A DNA stretch of 64,000 bases from the human T2T-CHM13v2.0 reference genome, Homo sapiens. Both the position numbers and the translations under genes were made by a program. The DNA lies in assembly GCF_009914755.1 (NCBI RefSeq), contig NC_060929.1; one strand, 5' to 3'. Below, piece after piece: positions 1 through 12,670 of this stretch. The notes beneath the pieces were generated by a model. It was not told the DNA's origin and searched no databases. It saw only the letters and a list, made by a program, of their open reading frames with translations. Positions within the stretch are counted from its first letter, which is position 1, and each line of letters starts with the position of its first letter.

Positions 1-253
1 GCCATTAGAAATGATTTTCATCAATACAAGTGAACCTTCAATTAGAAAAGCCGACTGACCAGAACCCTAGTTAGTGGGGATTTTACTGTCTAAAGACAAA
101 GATAAGTGAATTGCCCAAAAGTGCACGTCTTTACCCCCACTAGCATCTTAGATTCTACATCCTCTTTTTATGCATCACTCAACCCTTCCATTCCCTTTGA
201 CTCTATAGAATACACAGCTCTCTAGAGTGATTCGCCACATTTTGGCATTGCCA

Positions 254-770
254 CAGTGTTCCCTGAACTTCAATCACTCATAACAGCACCTTCAGAGTTT
301 TTGCCATTTTTACCTATAATAATATTCACTTAATATTTTATGTATACTGACTCATTTCCTTTTATCCCTAATAAACTTATTTTTGAATGACACTTTCCAT
401 TCCTACTATGAATGAAAACCCATACTACTTATCTGAGATAAAAGAAAGCAACATAATTAAAAGTGAATGTAAACAAAATTTTAAAAATTTACTAAATTTT
501 GGCTAGATACTGTTGCCTACCACAGGGTACTCATTGAAAACCAAGATGAAGCAAATGTGAGGGAGGTGTTAAAGACAGATTCCCACCAAACAAGGACTTT
601 GGCCTCATCAGGAAAACTAAAAGAAATTTTAAATAAGATGATTTCCTTATCACCTAATTCAGTGCTATTTAAAGACACCTACAGGTACCACTTAAAAGCA
701 TCCAGCAGTATGTAGGTATACAGTGAGAAGTACCACCACCAGCAGTATGCAGATCAACAGTGAGAAGCTG
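254..770. mobile_element. Probable ancient hAT-Charlie-type non-autonomous DNA transposon
   Basis: Begins CAGTGTTCCCTGAACTT, resembling the Charlie TIR CAGTGTTTCCCAAACT, and ends in a degenerate complementary end (ACAGTGAGAAGCTG). AT-rich interior. Subfamily not determined. Confidence 0.45.
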
Positions 771-1885
771 CGAGTTGGCTAATATAGGTATGGGAAAGCT
801 CACATCACACACATAAGGGAACACAACCTGTATGATGGAAAGAAGGCTAGAGAGAAAATATTGATCAGCCTAAAGAGAGGAGATGGAGGATTGTTTGTTA
901 GTGATTTGTATAGAGTTGGAAGTTCCTAGGCCAGAGGAAAATTCATGAGTTTCCACTGGTAGAGGAGAAAACTAGAATATATCAGCAGATTATGAGCTGC
1001 CATGAATTTTTCTGTTTTTCCTCTTTAAACATGGATACTGATAATGAAATACCAGAAAAGTACACTCTGTGGTGAATCTGGCTTTTGATATTTATTAACA
1101 TTAAATGGACTTTTGCAACTAAATAACACCAAAAAAAGAGAGAGGAGATACAACTATAGTATGTTCCTATAGCATGTTCCTACCCTCAAATAAATATCAA
1201 GAATATAATCTATGTGGAAGAAAGATCAAGTTGGCAGAAAAGGGAAAGGAGAATTAGGAAAGCAAAATAAATAGGTGCAGAGAAACTGTCACACAAGTGA
1301 ATTGAGACTCAGTATTTAATTAGGGACAGCAAGCTTGCAAGGCTCTTGGTAAATGTCTACCGAAACCAACCACGTGTTGGTTAACACTGAGACATACAAA
1401 CTGATCAATAGTACAAAACAAAAGGGCTCAGGTATGCATGTAAAGTCATACATCATTTCAATAAATTACGCTGTGTGTAGACAGGTTTTTTTTAGAACGA
1501 TCATTCTGAGATCAAGAGCTAAATCATCTCAGCCACATCTTGATTTCTGCAAGACTCGGCAGGAATTATGAGGCTTAACAGCATTCTGACAATTAGCATA
1601 TTATAAATACAAAAATGATATATTAAAGGGAGAGGAGGAAAAAAAAGGCCAGTGTTTTACACCTACAGTAATATAATTCCACTACTTAATGCAAAGTAAC
1701 AGGCCTCAGAGTGTTTGGGATCCTCTTGTATGGTGTTATCTTCTCTATCAGTAAATGAGACTATGTGAACAGTACAACCTATAAATAATTCAAGGCCTGA
1801 GATGGCAATTATAGAACCATGCACAACTAGCATGAATATTTTATGAAGGCTAAAACAGCTCTCAGAATGAATCATGGAGAGATGA

Positions 1886-1904
1886 ACACACACAAGCACA
1901 CACA

Positions 1905-1945
<41 letters not shown>
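1886..1945. repeat. (CA)n microsatellite
   Basis: Nearly pure CA run of about 60 bp; it generates the VCVC/HTHT pseudo-ORFs. Confidence 0.97.
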
Positions 1946-1946
<1 letters not shown>

Positions 1947-3039
1947 AGGCAGTTTTGGCCAAATTGTATTTCCAAGACAAGGCCTCTCTTTGATCTCTAG
2001 AACACCTTTATTTTATGGAAACAGTGATGATAGTTACATATTTTTCTTTTCTTGAATTTATTTCCTAAAATCCAAACAGAGGAATGAAGGTATGAATTTG
2101 TCAATAGGGTAGAGGAGCTTGAAACCGAGGAAGAAGGACAAACAATTTTTAACCTGAACTTCTGCAGATAATTCCAAGTGATTTTTTTAACCTTTCCAAA
2201 TGGACTCTACAAAAAGTACCAAGTTCCAATGTATCAAAATTGAAACTGAAACCAGTGTCACTTCATGACTCAAGCAAGAGCACTTCCTATCCGAAAACTT
2301 CCCTCATATACATAAGCTTTTATTTCTAATTAGTCCTTGAGGAATACCTGTAATCCCTGCTTTCACTACATTCATAAGACAAAACAAATATTACTGAGCC
2401 ATAAGCCTGAGCAAACAAGCTACTATATTTAAAAGTAGCAGCCCAGATGTCATACTCTATTAGGAAATGAGCAATGCCTAAGTTCTGAGCTGTTTCTGTA
2501 ACCAAAGGATGTGCACAGCTGAAAAAAATGAAATTATATGAATTCACGTCTTGATTTCCCTGTGCAATGTACTTGTGCTATTTGAATAAGAGTTAATATT
2601 CATTTGAATTTTACAGAGATTAGCATTCATCATTTTTACCTGCCTCCTATTTACATATACCCAGATGATATCCATGTGGTTACACAAAACACCATTGTTT
2701 TCCTAAAGTCAATTTTAGCATAATTCACTTTCTTAATTACAACCTAAAACTGTAAAGACTTTTCCCAGTCCCTCCACAGAAGAATCTTAAATTTATGACC
2801 CTTTTGGTATGAATATGTGTGCTTTTCACTTCATTACAACAACAAGAATGGAACTTTAGGACTCTAGGATCTTAGCACAGGAAGGAACCTTAGATATCTT
2901 CTGATCCAACTGCTTCATTTTGTGGATGCGAAAAGTTTAGAGGCCAAAAAACTGTTCCATGGCATATTCGGTATCACATGACTAGTTGAAACACTACGGC
3001 CAATAATATAAAATATAATAATATTAGCAGGAACAAAAA

Positions 3040-3195
3040 TCAGTAACAACCTCAAGTATTTACAGTGAGCTTGCAATAAAGCAGGCACTGTACTTTGCAG
3101 GCACTGTCTCCTTTAGCCTCCCAATACCTCTAATAGGTAGTATTATTATTGTCTCCATTTAAGGATACGAAAACTGAGGCTTAGAGAGATTCATG
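3040..3195 (-). mobile_element. MIR SINE fragment
   Basis: AGGTAGTATTATTATTGTCTCCATTTAAGGATACGAAAACTGAGGCTTAGAGAG is the reverse complement of the MIR core. Confidence 0.8.
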
Positions 3196-5279
3196 TATCT
3201 CTACCCTCAATCCCACGACCCCTTTTCCCTCTAGTGTACTCTTCAGGAAGTTACATCAGAATTCTCTATTTGAGTCTTGGCTAGAAGAAACTTTCATTAC
3301 ATGGACCAGTTATTACTGGAGACTTCCTAGATGGGAGACACACTGATGTTTTCGGTCTCACTGAGCCTGCTGCTTTGTGAGACCTCCGAGGGCATAGAGA
3401 GAAAAGGAAGCTCCTACAACCTGTACTGCAAGAACTTCAGGAAAAACAACATCTTTCCATAAAAAGTTTCACGTTGCCCTATTATTCAGTTTAAGAAGTT
3501 CAGAGCCACTGTTCCATGGGCCTGCCTTTTGTGTTCAATTTGGAGGCATGAAAATACCTTTAGAATTTGTAAATCTCAAGGCAACCGAGTGAAACGCCAC
3601 CTACCGCAGCAGCTGGAGGGCAGGCCAGTGTTATGCTTTGATAGCCCCCTTTCGATTGTATTAATACAAAGGAAATTAAAAAATAGCATGATTCTCTCCC
3701 TTTCTTCTGCTCATGCCCAGCTTTGGATTTTCATAATAGGAGGGTAACATTTAGAGGTCTTTTTTACATTCGTGCACTAACCTGGTACAAATAGAAGTAA
3801 GCTGTTTGCTGTTTTCTTTTAGGTGCTCCAAAATATGCATGACTTTAGACCACAAAGTCAGAGAAATACCCTGTTTTATTGTAAAAGTGTAAAGAACTGA
3901 GCAAGTGAACTGGCTTTTGGCATGTATTTTCTTGAAGCCTCTATCTCCACCAACTCCTTTTCCTACTGCACCCAGATTCACTTCAGTTTTCCCACAGTTC
4001 CAAGCCCACAGTTCCAAGCCCAACTCTGAGAAGGTGCTGAGAAGAGGAAATCCAGTAACTGAATAACAGCCACTCTCTGGACTCTTGCCCCTATTCTTTT
4101 TGTATCCTCTAGGGAGCTACAGTGTCACTTACTAGGTGCATGCCCCTGAATGGGTTAATCTTTTCTTTTCCTTATTTCGACAGCCATGTTTACCTTTTGA
4201 AAAGGCGAGCAGAGGCACAGTATGGCACTGGAGTGCTAACTGCTAACACATGGGCTATGCTACATCTCGGCAAAAATTTCTCTCATACTTGTACCAGCGT
4301 CCCAGCCAAGATCAACACCATGAGTTTGATTTTCTTCATCATGAATTGACAGCTTATTTATCTCCATGGAAGAACTTTCTAAGCCCTTTAGGCACCCAGG
4401 CAACTTAGAAGGCATTCAGCTGACTGTTCAAAAATATTATTGCTTCATCAAAAATAGAGACTAAATTATTTCATTCCTGTTAGGCTGTTCTCTTTCTAGA
4501 GAGACATTTTAGTGACCCTGAGTTATGATAATAGTTTATAACCAAATACTACAAACGCACACACACACACACACTTTCCAATTGGTATTATATTTTGAAA
4601 ACCTTTTTAGACCTAATGTTATGCTGACAGTACTAAGTTTTGTGAGGATGCACAATTTCCATGGCTTCCTTTTCCAATAATGGTTGGGAAGCCTCATTAG
4701 AATAATTAGGAACGAAGTCATTTCCGGTCGCCATATATTGCTCTGGAAATAATAGCTTCCAGTGCCTGCAAAACCAGCAAGGAATAGAATGCATATGCCA
4801 ACTCCTGAGTCACAATGGAAAATAACATAACTCCATGTTGCTGTATGGAACCTAAACCAACTGCAACTCTGTCAGGTGCTCACGTCCAAAGAAAACTTGT
4901 CACTGCTCACGGGAGAAGTTTATATCAATTTGCAAGCAGAAGACAACCCAGAAAACACTAACTAATTGATTATGCAAATGCAGAGTCCAAAAAGTATTTT
5001 CCCTAGTAATAAATCACCTATGACTTTGCAACGAACAGCAATGAGAATATTGACCTGCTTTGGAGTGAGGACAGATCTGTATATATAACTATCAGCAGGA
5101 AAAAAATGTATATGAGCATGAGAAAGTGGCATGGGAAGAGAGAGAGGAAAGAGAAAGCTTTACTGGTTAGATTGGAGGGACTTGTGACCACAGAGCCTCC
5201 CAAATCAAAGCTAGTGCCCATTTCTCTAAAAGTATCTCTTCAATTAAGGCACTGGTTTCTGGTGTTATGACTTCCACAT

Positions 5280-5480
5280 AACAGTAACAAGAGGAAATAT
5301 TTACTGAATCCTTATTGTGGGCCAGGTGCCCTGCTAAATGCTATGTCTCATTTAATCTCATTATCTCATTTAACCCCCACAACAACACTATGATGTGGGT
5401 ATATACTAGTACTGCCTTCATTTTTCAACAAGGAAACTGACACTCAGACGAGTAATTTGAGCAATTTCCCCAAGATCACA
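5280..5480 (-). mobile_element. MIR SINE
   Basis: TTTACTGAATCCTTATTGTGGGCCAGG...ATCTCATTTAACCCCCACAACAAC...GGAAACTGAC...CCAAGATCACA matches antisense MIR. Confidence 0.8.
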
Positions 5481-5501
5481 CATTTCTACTTCTAGCCAGC
5501 C

Positions 5502-5805
5502 TTTTTTTTTTTTTTTCCTGAGACAGAGTCTTGCTCTGTCACCCAGGCTGGAGTGCAGTGGAATGATCTCAGCTCACTGCAACCTCCGCCTCCCGGGTTC
5601 AAGTGAGTCTCTTTCCTCAGCCTCCTGAGTAGCTGGGATTACAGGGATGTGCCACGGTGCTCAGCTAATTTTTTTATTTTTAGTAGAGATGGAGTTTCAC
5701 CATGTTGGCCAGGGTGGTTTCAAACTCCCGACCTCAAGTGTTCCGCCTGCCTTAGCCTCCCAAAGTGCTTGCTGGGAGTACAGCTGTGAGCCACTATGCC
5801 TGGCC
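5502..5805 (-). mobile_element. Alu (AluS, Sx/Sz-like), full length
   Basis: Poly-T followed by GAGACAGAGTCTTGCTCTGTCACCCAGGCTGGAGTGCAGTGG...GCCTGGCC. Target-site duplication TAGCCAGCCT at 5493-5502 and 5806-5815. Confidence 0.97.
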
Positions 5806-6416
5806 TAGCCAGCCTAAATTTGTTTACACAGTCCTAAAGCCCAATAAACAGAAAAAAAGAATAGATTCTCTTCATTCCAAATTTGCAACCAAAACTCCCA
5901 GGATTTTTTTTCTCCTTTGGTCTAGTCTACATCCCTATTATTCACTCTGCTGATTCCTGCCATCCACTCTGCCTTATTATCATCCTCTATGCCCCATCTG
6001 TTTTCTGAATGTTTTGTTTGTAAACGTCTGGCATAGGATGGTTGGTTCAGTACAGTATGTAACTGGGCACATATATGTGATCAATGATCACAATGGTGAA
6101 CATAGAAACTGGAGGCATCTTATATGTCTTCAATGTGGCAACATATGATTCTACCATACACAGTGTTTGCAAGCACATACGCTCAAGGAAGAGAGTACAT
6201 GCGTCAAGATGGGTTTGGCAAAGAGGCTGTCCTGAGAAAGAGGAAAGTTCAAGTGGAAACACTCTTGGGTGTTTCTACCTGAAAGATAATGAATGTGAGA
6301 AAAGAAAGGCACAGAGCAAATATTACAGAACCTCACAGGAAGAAGTTATATAGAAAAGAGCATTGTGTGGAAGGCAATGCTGAGAAGAATAAAATCATGT
6401 TGAAAAGTTGTAGGCA

Positions 6417-6584
6417 TTGATAGACATTTGGGATGGTTCCAAGTCTTTGCTATTGTGAATAGTGCCGCAATAAACATATGTGTGCATGTCAGCACACCAA
6501 CATGGCACATGTATACATATGTAAGAAATCTGCACATTGTGCACATGTACCCTAGAACTTAAAGTATAATAATAATAATAAAAA
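6417..6584 (+). mobile_element. Short 5'-inverted (twin-primed) L1PA insertion, L1PA4/5-like
   Basis: 6417-6489 is antisense L1 ORF2 end (minus-strand ORF reads HMFIAALFTIAKTWNHPKC). 6490-6584 is the sense L1 3' terminus CAGCACACCAACATGGCAC...CCTAGAACTTAAAGTATAATAAT plus A tail. 15-bp TSD GAAAAGTTGTAGGCA at 6402-6416 and 6585-6599. Confidence 0.95.
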
Positions 6585-6779
6585 GAAAAGTTGTAGGCAA
6601 TTTGAGTTTATTAGAGGAGAAAAGAAACGGACAGGAGGGCACCCCAGCCCTGGAGTAGCCCCGATTTTGAATCTGTGTAGTGAATATTAATCGCTCCTAT
6701 GGTTGAAATACTTGAGAGCAGAGATTGGGCCACACGCCTTTCTGTGTCTGTCTCTCTCTCTCCCGAACCAGGCTTTCTG

Positions 6780-6910
6780 GAACATCAGGGCAGGAAGGGT
6801 GTTTAGAGATCGCCTGGTACAATCACCTCATTTTACACACACAGAGATGGAAGTGCAGATGGGTTAAAGGACTAGCCCCAAATCACACAACTAATTAATG
6901 GCAAGAAGCC
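6780..6910 (-). mobile_element. MIR3/MIR fragment
   Basis: GGAAGGGTGTTTAGAGATC...CCTCATTTTAC...GGTTAAAGGACTAGCCCCAAATCACACAACTAATTAATGGCA. Confidence 0.65.
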
Positions 6911-7513
6911 CAGCCAGCACAAGAAAACAGGCTATTGACTTTTTGCCTTGTGCACTTCGCAAATCGCCCCACGGCCTCTTTTGGGAGGCTCTTGATAAAC
7001 ACTCACAAAGCGCTGTCAAACTCTGGGTGCTCTGAGAAAGGGAGGATGAGAAGATCCCACAAGTTTCCCACACTCAGCCCCCCGTCTCATGCAGATACTC
7101 CATCATGCTTCCTCCACCATCCGTGACTTGCTCACAAGGGTTATAAACTTGATAACCTGAGAAACCACAGCTTTAGAAAAATGGATAAAGATACCATGAG
7201 AGAGCTCAACATTAATGACTTTTAAATAAGGGTCAGTTGGAAATGCGGAAGAAAGAAAATTTCGAAAAATTTATTCTCAATCTGGCCATAAAGATTATTA
7301 GGTAAGATGCACACTGTCTTATATACACGCTGGTACATTCCCACACTCCTCTGCCCAGCACGGCACTAAACATATGTACATATTTGTTCGATAGAATCCT
7401 TCAAAGTCCTCTCCCTTAGAGTCATTTGCAGATATTTCTCAAACATGATGCAGATCAAAATGCAATATACAAAGTCAGGTAATGTCCCCAGCATCAAATT
7501 AAAATAGCTAACC

Positions 7514-7532
7514 GGCCAACAGATGGCAGCTG
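7514..7532 (+). promoter_or_regulatory. Candidate CTCF core motif overlapping E-boxes
   Basis: GGCCAACAGATGGCAGCTG has one mismatch to CCASYAGRKGGCR and contains CAGATG and CAGCTG. Five CpGs are retained within 7510-7572. Confidence 0.4.
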
Positions 7533-10152
7533 AAGCAAATCGCTTGCCGATTTAAATAAGAACGGTGTTCGGTTCAGTTGTGCACATTTTTCTAGACAGA
7601 AGTTGACTGCTAAATGAAATCAACTTCAGAGCCCAGTTGTTTGTAGTGTGAAGGGGAAATTACAAAAAACAAAAATGCCTTCTTTGTTCCTGGAACCCGG
7701 GGTGATTCACAAGCACGGACATCCCCTGGTCTTCTGATTTTAAATCACTAAGGTGGAAATGTCATTCACCCAGGAGGTTATTGATTAAAATAAAGAGCAG
7801 GAATGTTTTCTGCATGAACCTCACTTCTGCTGGCAATGTTACATCACTTACAGACTGCAAAGAAGAAGAAGAGGGGAAAAAAAAACACAGTAAAGAGAGG
7901 AAGGTTCAGAACAGTCACAGACTGGGAATAAATAACACAAAGAAACTCTGGGGCCTGAGGACAGAAGCAGAGGTTGGCATTATTTTACATTAGAAACACT
8001 TCGTATTCAAAACGGTAATTGATAGCAGAGAAGTGTTGGGGGAAAGAGCCACTCGCGTTCAGGCAGGCTGCCCTGCCAATCAAACTCAACCTTTCTTTGA
8101 ATGAATAAAAGCTTCATTGCCCTATTATGCTGATACAGTCAGACAGGACTAAAGTAGCCTGTTTGTCAAGTTTATGTGAACTGCCCCAAGCTACTTAGAT
8201 TCTGACGCTTAAATAATCCCCTCAAAATCACCCGTGATTCTGGATACAGTTCTCTTTTTTAGCAACGCAGTGTAAATTTTACCCTGGACTTGCCTGCCCC
8301 TGGCTACAGATGGGCAAGAGGGGGCCATACCTCCTCCTCTGTGTTAGTACAAGGAGGGCATTTGGCTGTCTTTTGTTTACGATCTGCTGCGGTGCTGAAG
8401 TGCTCTGCACACAGGTCTGTATGTGCTGCGGGCTGTCTGAAGCCTGCAGACATTCACCAGATTCTATATTCCCAGCTCTATGGGAAGTCAGCATAGAGAA
8501 GTCTCCACATCACCTCTCTTGTCATCAGGGATATGGGCTAAATAGCACCAAACCTTGCTTGCAACCAAGTGATCAATGAAAACTGAAGAGCCTGGGGGAT
8601 GTTTGCTTCCTTGGTCCCAATCCTTGTCTGCTTCCAGCAGCAAATCAGTGATTTGGGCTCAGGGAGGACTGGAAGGTTACACTGCACCCCAACCAGCAAT
8701 GCAGGGATTCTCAGGAGTGACTTCAGGCCCTGGGGGCAGGAGGGGCTCAGAAGAGCTAAAAATGAATCTGTCCCCCACCTCCCTTCACAGGGCTATGTGT
8801 CTTTGACTTCCCTAGTTGCTTCTGCTTAAAAATACATGTGACGAAACTGCTTTGTATTTGCAAAGAAGGAGTTGTGGGTAACAATGAACATGCAATTGGG
8901 CTGGAAATAGATTTATCAGGCTTCAAGGATTATTGTTTGCTGAGAGATGGTACACACATTACTATTTCACAGTTCAGCTATGACATTATTAACCTACTGT
9001 GCAAGGATTTTATTGCCAGATTGGTCCATTTATCAAAAATAAGAGAAACTCAAAACCCCATAAGGAAGTTAACATTTCAAGCAGGCTTGGCTTTCACTTA
9101 ACACCATTAATCTATCTATTTACACAAGAGCAAGAAATGTTCATTTAGTAACGTCTCTCCATTTGGTATAAAAGCAGCAAGTCGGTACTGGATGCAAGCA
9201 TGCGAATGTCATGCTCATTGTCACAGGAAAAATGAGTGTTTTCTCCTTAAAATGAGTTGGCATCCCCAGAGCCTGCCACGTATTCTGGGCTGCAATATGC
9301 TAGATGCCAGGTACTCAACCAGCAAAGGGATAATCCAAGTCCTGGAACATTTACAGACCCAAGCTAGAAAGATAGGTGTTGGAGAAAGGTATACAGAAAT
9401 TAGGAGACTTTCCTAATTATTTTGTGACAATACAAGATAAAAATATGCAAAGTTTCTCGAAGGAAAAATAACTGTGTCCAACCTTATCACAACAATGAGT
9501 CCTTAAAATAAAAAAGGATAGGAAAGTAATGGCCAACAACTCAGTAATTCCAAGATGCAAGTGATTTGGGACTGGAAAGATGGTAGTCTTTTAACATATC
9601 TTCTCCAATAGGAGGTTTCGATAGCACAGGGATATTCATGGAGCAATACATGTTGCTGTGTTACACACCATCGAGCACCTCGCACTGCAGGTGCACCCCA
9701 AGACGGTGCAGAGCCCCGCTGTTCATGTGTGAATCTGCATGACTGTGTTAGGAATTTATTTATCTGTGGGTAAAGACACAGGCCTTGAAAGAAAGAAAAA
9801 GGGGGTGAATCATTCCATTTCTATTTGTTAACCTCTCTTGTGTTTCTTCCTTCATTCCTCTTGTTTTACTATTTCTTTATGGAAGAGGAGACAATCCCCA
9901 AGCCCATAAAATGCCTGCAGCCATTTTGATCCTATCAGTCTTTTTTCTTCAAAATATGTATGTAATGTTAAAAAAAAAAGTGAAGGGAAGCTGTCACCAG
10001 AGAGAGGTACATTCATTTTTGAAATGTGTGTATCTGTGTCTGTGTGTATATACATGTATGCATAGATACAAATGTTTGTGTATATACACACATAATACAC
10101 ATAAAACATGAATGTCCCTTTTTCTGGCGACAGCTTTTCTTCACTTTACAGG

Positions 10153-10308
10153 AACATATATATACATACATACATGTGTATATATATACACACACATACA
10201 TGCATGTATATATATATACACATACATACATGTATATATATACATACATACATGTGTGTATATATATACATACATACGTATATATATATATATACACATA
10301 CACATATC
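10153..10308. repeat. Compound (TA)/(CATA)/(CA) microsatellite
   Basis: About 155 bp of alternating purine-pyrimidine repeats; source of the many Y/I/H/T pseudo-ORFs here. Confidence 0.97.
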
Positions 10309-10429
10309 AGTATAAAGAAACGCATACCCAGGTGATGCAGAGAGTTAATAACACATTCAGCATGCCCCACCGTGCACTCCCTACTAAAAGGCACTGTGCT
10401 CGCTTGAGTGCTAAGTGCTCCAGAGATGG

Positions 10430-10620
10430 TAGCCTTGAATCAGCACCAGGAACTATGCTGAGGATATTACAAACATTACCATCTCCAAGTCTCACAATCC
10501 TATGAGAGTAGTTAGCCCCGTTTTACAAGTAGGGAAGTTAAGGCTTTGGCAGGTTACGCAGCTTACTCAATTCACAGCTGATAAGCCACTGAGCCTGGGT
10601 TCCACCAGATGCCAAAGCCT
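10430..10620 (-). mobile_element. MIR SINE
   Basis: TCTCACAATCCTATGAGAGTAG...CCCGTTTTACAAGTAGGGAAGTTAAGGCT...TCACAGCTGATAAG. Confidence 0.75.
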
Positions 10621-10639
10621 GTGTGTCTCCTTCCCTACT

Positions 10640-10745
10640 GTTCAAAGCATTTTACTCTGGCACTGTGTGAAGAACCAAGGAAGATACGAAGATAAAAAAG
10701 CGGTCCTTGCCCTGGAGGAGCTCACAGTCTATTATAAGAGCCATA
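10640..10745 (-). mobile_element. L2 3' fragment
   Basis: GGCACTGTG...GGTCCTTGCCCTGGAGGAGCTCACAGTCTA is a typical antisense L2 end. Confidence 0.7.
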
Positions 10746-11299
10746 TATACTACTAACAAGGCAGAAACTAACAAACCTCCCAGCACAGCAAAAAGTTAGG
10801 AAGCACATAGCAAACTCAGCACTGCCTTGGGAACCGAGATGTCTTCAGGGAAGCTGCGCACTCCAACACACACAGCAACTTTTCTCTAGTATGAACCTGT
10901 TACAGCAGGTACACAAACACCCTGCACCCTGTAAAGTTTCTGGCACAATACTATTATTTGCTAACATTTTTCTATCCTGACAGCTTAAGTCACTGTTGTC
11001 ATATTTTCAGAGACTTATTTTGGTTCAAAGAACAGAATAGCTGCTGTGACACTAAATCAAGTGTCATCCATTTCAATTTGATCAGAATCATCTTAGCAAA
11101 ATACAGTAAGTGAGGCATAGTGGAATAAATGAGGAGTTGAAAGTCAGAGAGATCTCGGTTTATTCCTGACTCTAACAAGTACTTGATTATACCCTCTTTT
11201 GTAGATGAGAAATATGAATCTAGGGAGTTCTGTGAACACTTTAATACACCTCTCAAATTCTTTTAATCTCACTTTTCTCATCTGTAAAATGAAAATAAT

Positions 11300-12300
11300 A
11301 CATTCAATAAGCATCTATTTAGCACTAATTACTTGCCAAGCACCATGCTCACTGCTGAAGACATAAAAATGAAAAAAGGTAGGCAAGGTAGCCCTCAGGA
11401 CAGGGGAAAGTTGAAGAGACAGCTGGAATGCTGTGTGAGAGTGCTTTTAGGTGGAACACAGGGCACAACAGGAAGGTGCAAGAGACACACCCGACTCAGC
11501 CTTTGGGGGTATGTCAGAAAAATCATCATGACAGAGTTTAATCCTGAGTGCAATTCTGAAACAGCAGCAAGAACAATACTGATCATCATTATTATACTAC
11601 TAATATTAAATTAATTGCTTACTCTATGATAGAAAATATCTTACATAATTTATGTCTCTTCATCCATTTGTGCTTATTGACAGGAAAAGTAGGTAGTATT
11701 ATCCATAATTTAAAATGAGGAATTGAGACACAGAGAAATTAAAATTTACCCAAAGTCACCCAGCTACTGAGAGGGAGATCCAGGATTCAAATGCAGGTGG
11801 CCTAACTCTACATTCATACCCAGAGCTTCTGTGCTATTTGTCTCACAAATGGAGAGAAGGGGTGCTCCAGGCAGCAGATGCAGCATGTGCAAAAGCACAC
11901 CTGCCTGAGGTTAAAGGCCCACTCCTGCAACTGCAGGGAGCTCAGTGTGGTAGGAGGCCAGGTCTATGACTGTTTGGGGATGCAGAGGAAGGAGACATAA
12001 GCCCAGGCTGACCACTGAAGACACAGGCAATTTGCTTATGCATCTAAAGTTCATCCAGATGACAATGGGAAGACATGGAAAAGTTTCAGCCAGAAGATGA
12101 TGTTTTAGAAGCAGCCCTCTGGCTGTCACGTGGAAGACAAATTAAAACGGAGCCACATAAAAGGAAAGGGGAACAGTGAGAAGACAGTCACAGTTGTCAG
12201 AGTGGAAAATAAAGAGGACACGAGAAAGAGAAGTGGACGCAGGCAAGAAATGTTAAGTCAGTAATGCGGTCAGGAGTTAATGACAGACTAAATAAGGGTG
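11300..12300 (-). mobile_element. L2 fragments interrupted by a MIR (11580-11830)
   Basis: CATTCAATAAGCATCTATTTAGCAC...CCAAGCACCATGCT; CCAGGCAGCAGATGCAGCATGTGCAAAAGCAC; TGTTTTAGAAGCAGCCCTCTGGCTG. MIR core GAGGAATTGAGACACAGAGAAATT...CCAAAGTCACCCAGCTA lies between the L2 pieces. Confidence 0.7.
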
Positions 12301-12429
12301 ACACCCTTGCTTTGGGCTGATGGAGCTGCCTGGGTGGTGGTACTATTGGTTCAGTGATATTCAGAGGATCAGTTAATCATGCACACATTGCAGGGGTATT
12401 ACAAGGAGCAGAAGCAACCCACACAATCA

Positions 12430-12670
12430 TCATCATATCATCAGAGTTTATTGAGCACCTGCTATGGGCCAGGCACTCCACTACCACTTTGTCCACCTCT
12501 GCTCATCAAATCCTCAACAATGACTCTGCAGGAAAGATACTGGCTCCATTACAGATATGGAAACAAGGTCCACAATGTCTGGGCAAGTCATTTAAATGTC
12601 ATCCTACCAAGTGTCAGAATTAGGACTCAAACCTGGGTCTGCCAAGCACCGAAGGCTATGTCAACCATTA
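12430..12670 (-). mobile_element. MIR SINE
   Basis: TTTATTGAGCACCTGCTATGGGCCAGGCAC...CCATTACAGATATGGAAAC...GGACTCAAACCTGGGTCTG. Confidence 0.8.

Noticed and set aside
10013-10505. Stack of overlapping ORFs on both strands
   Set aside because: These are produced by the stop-free TA/CA microsatellite.
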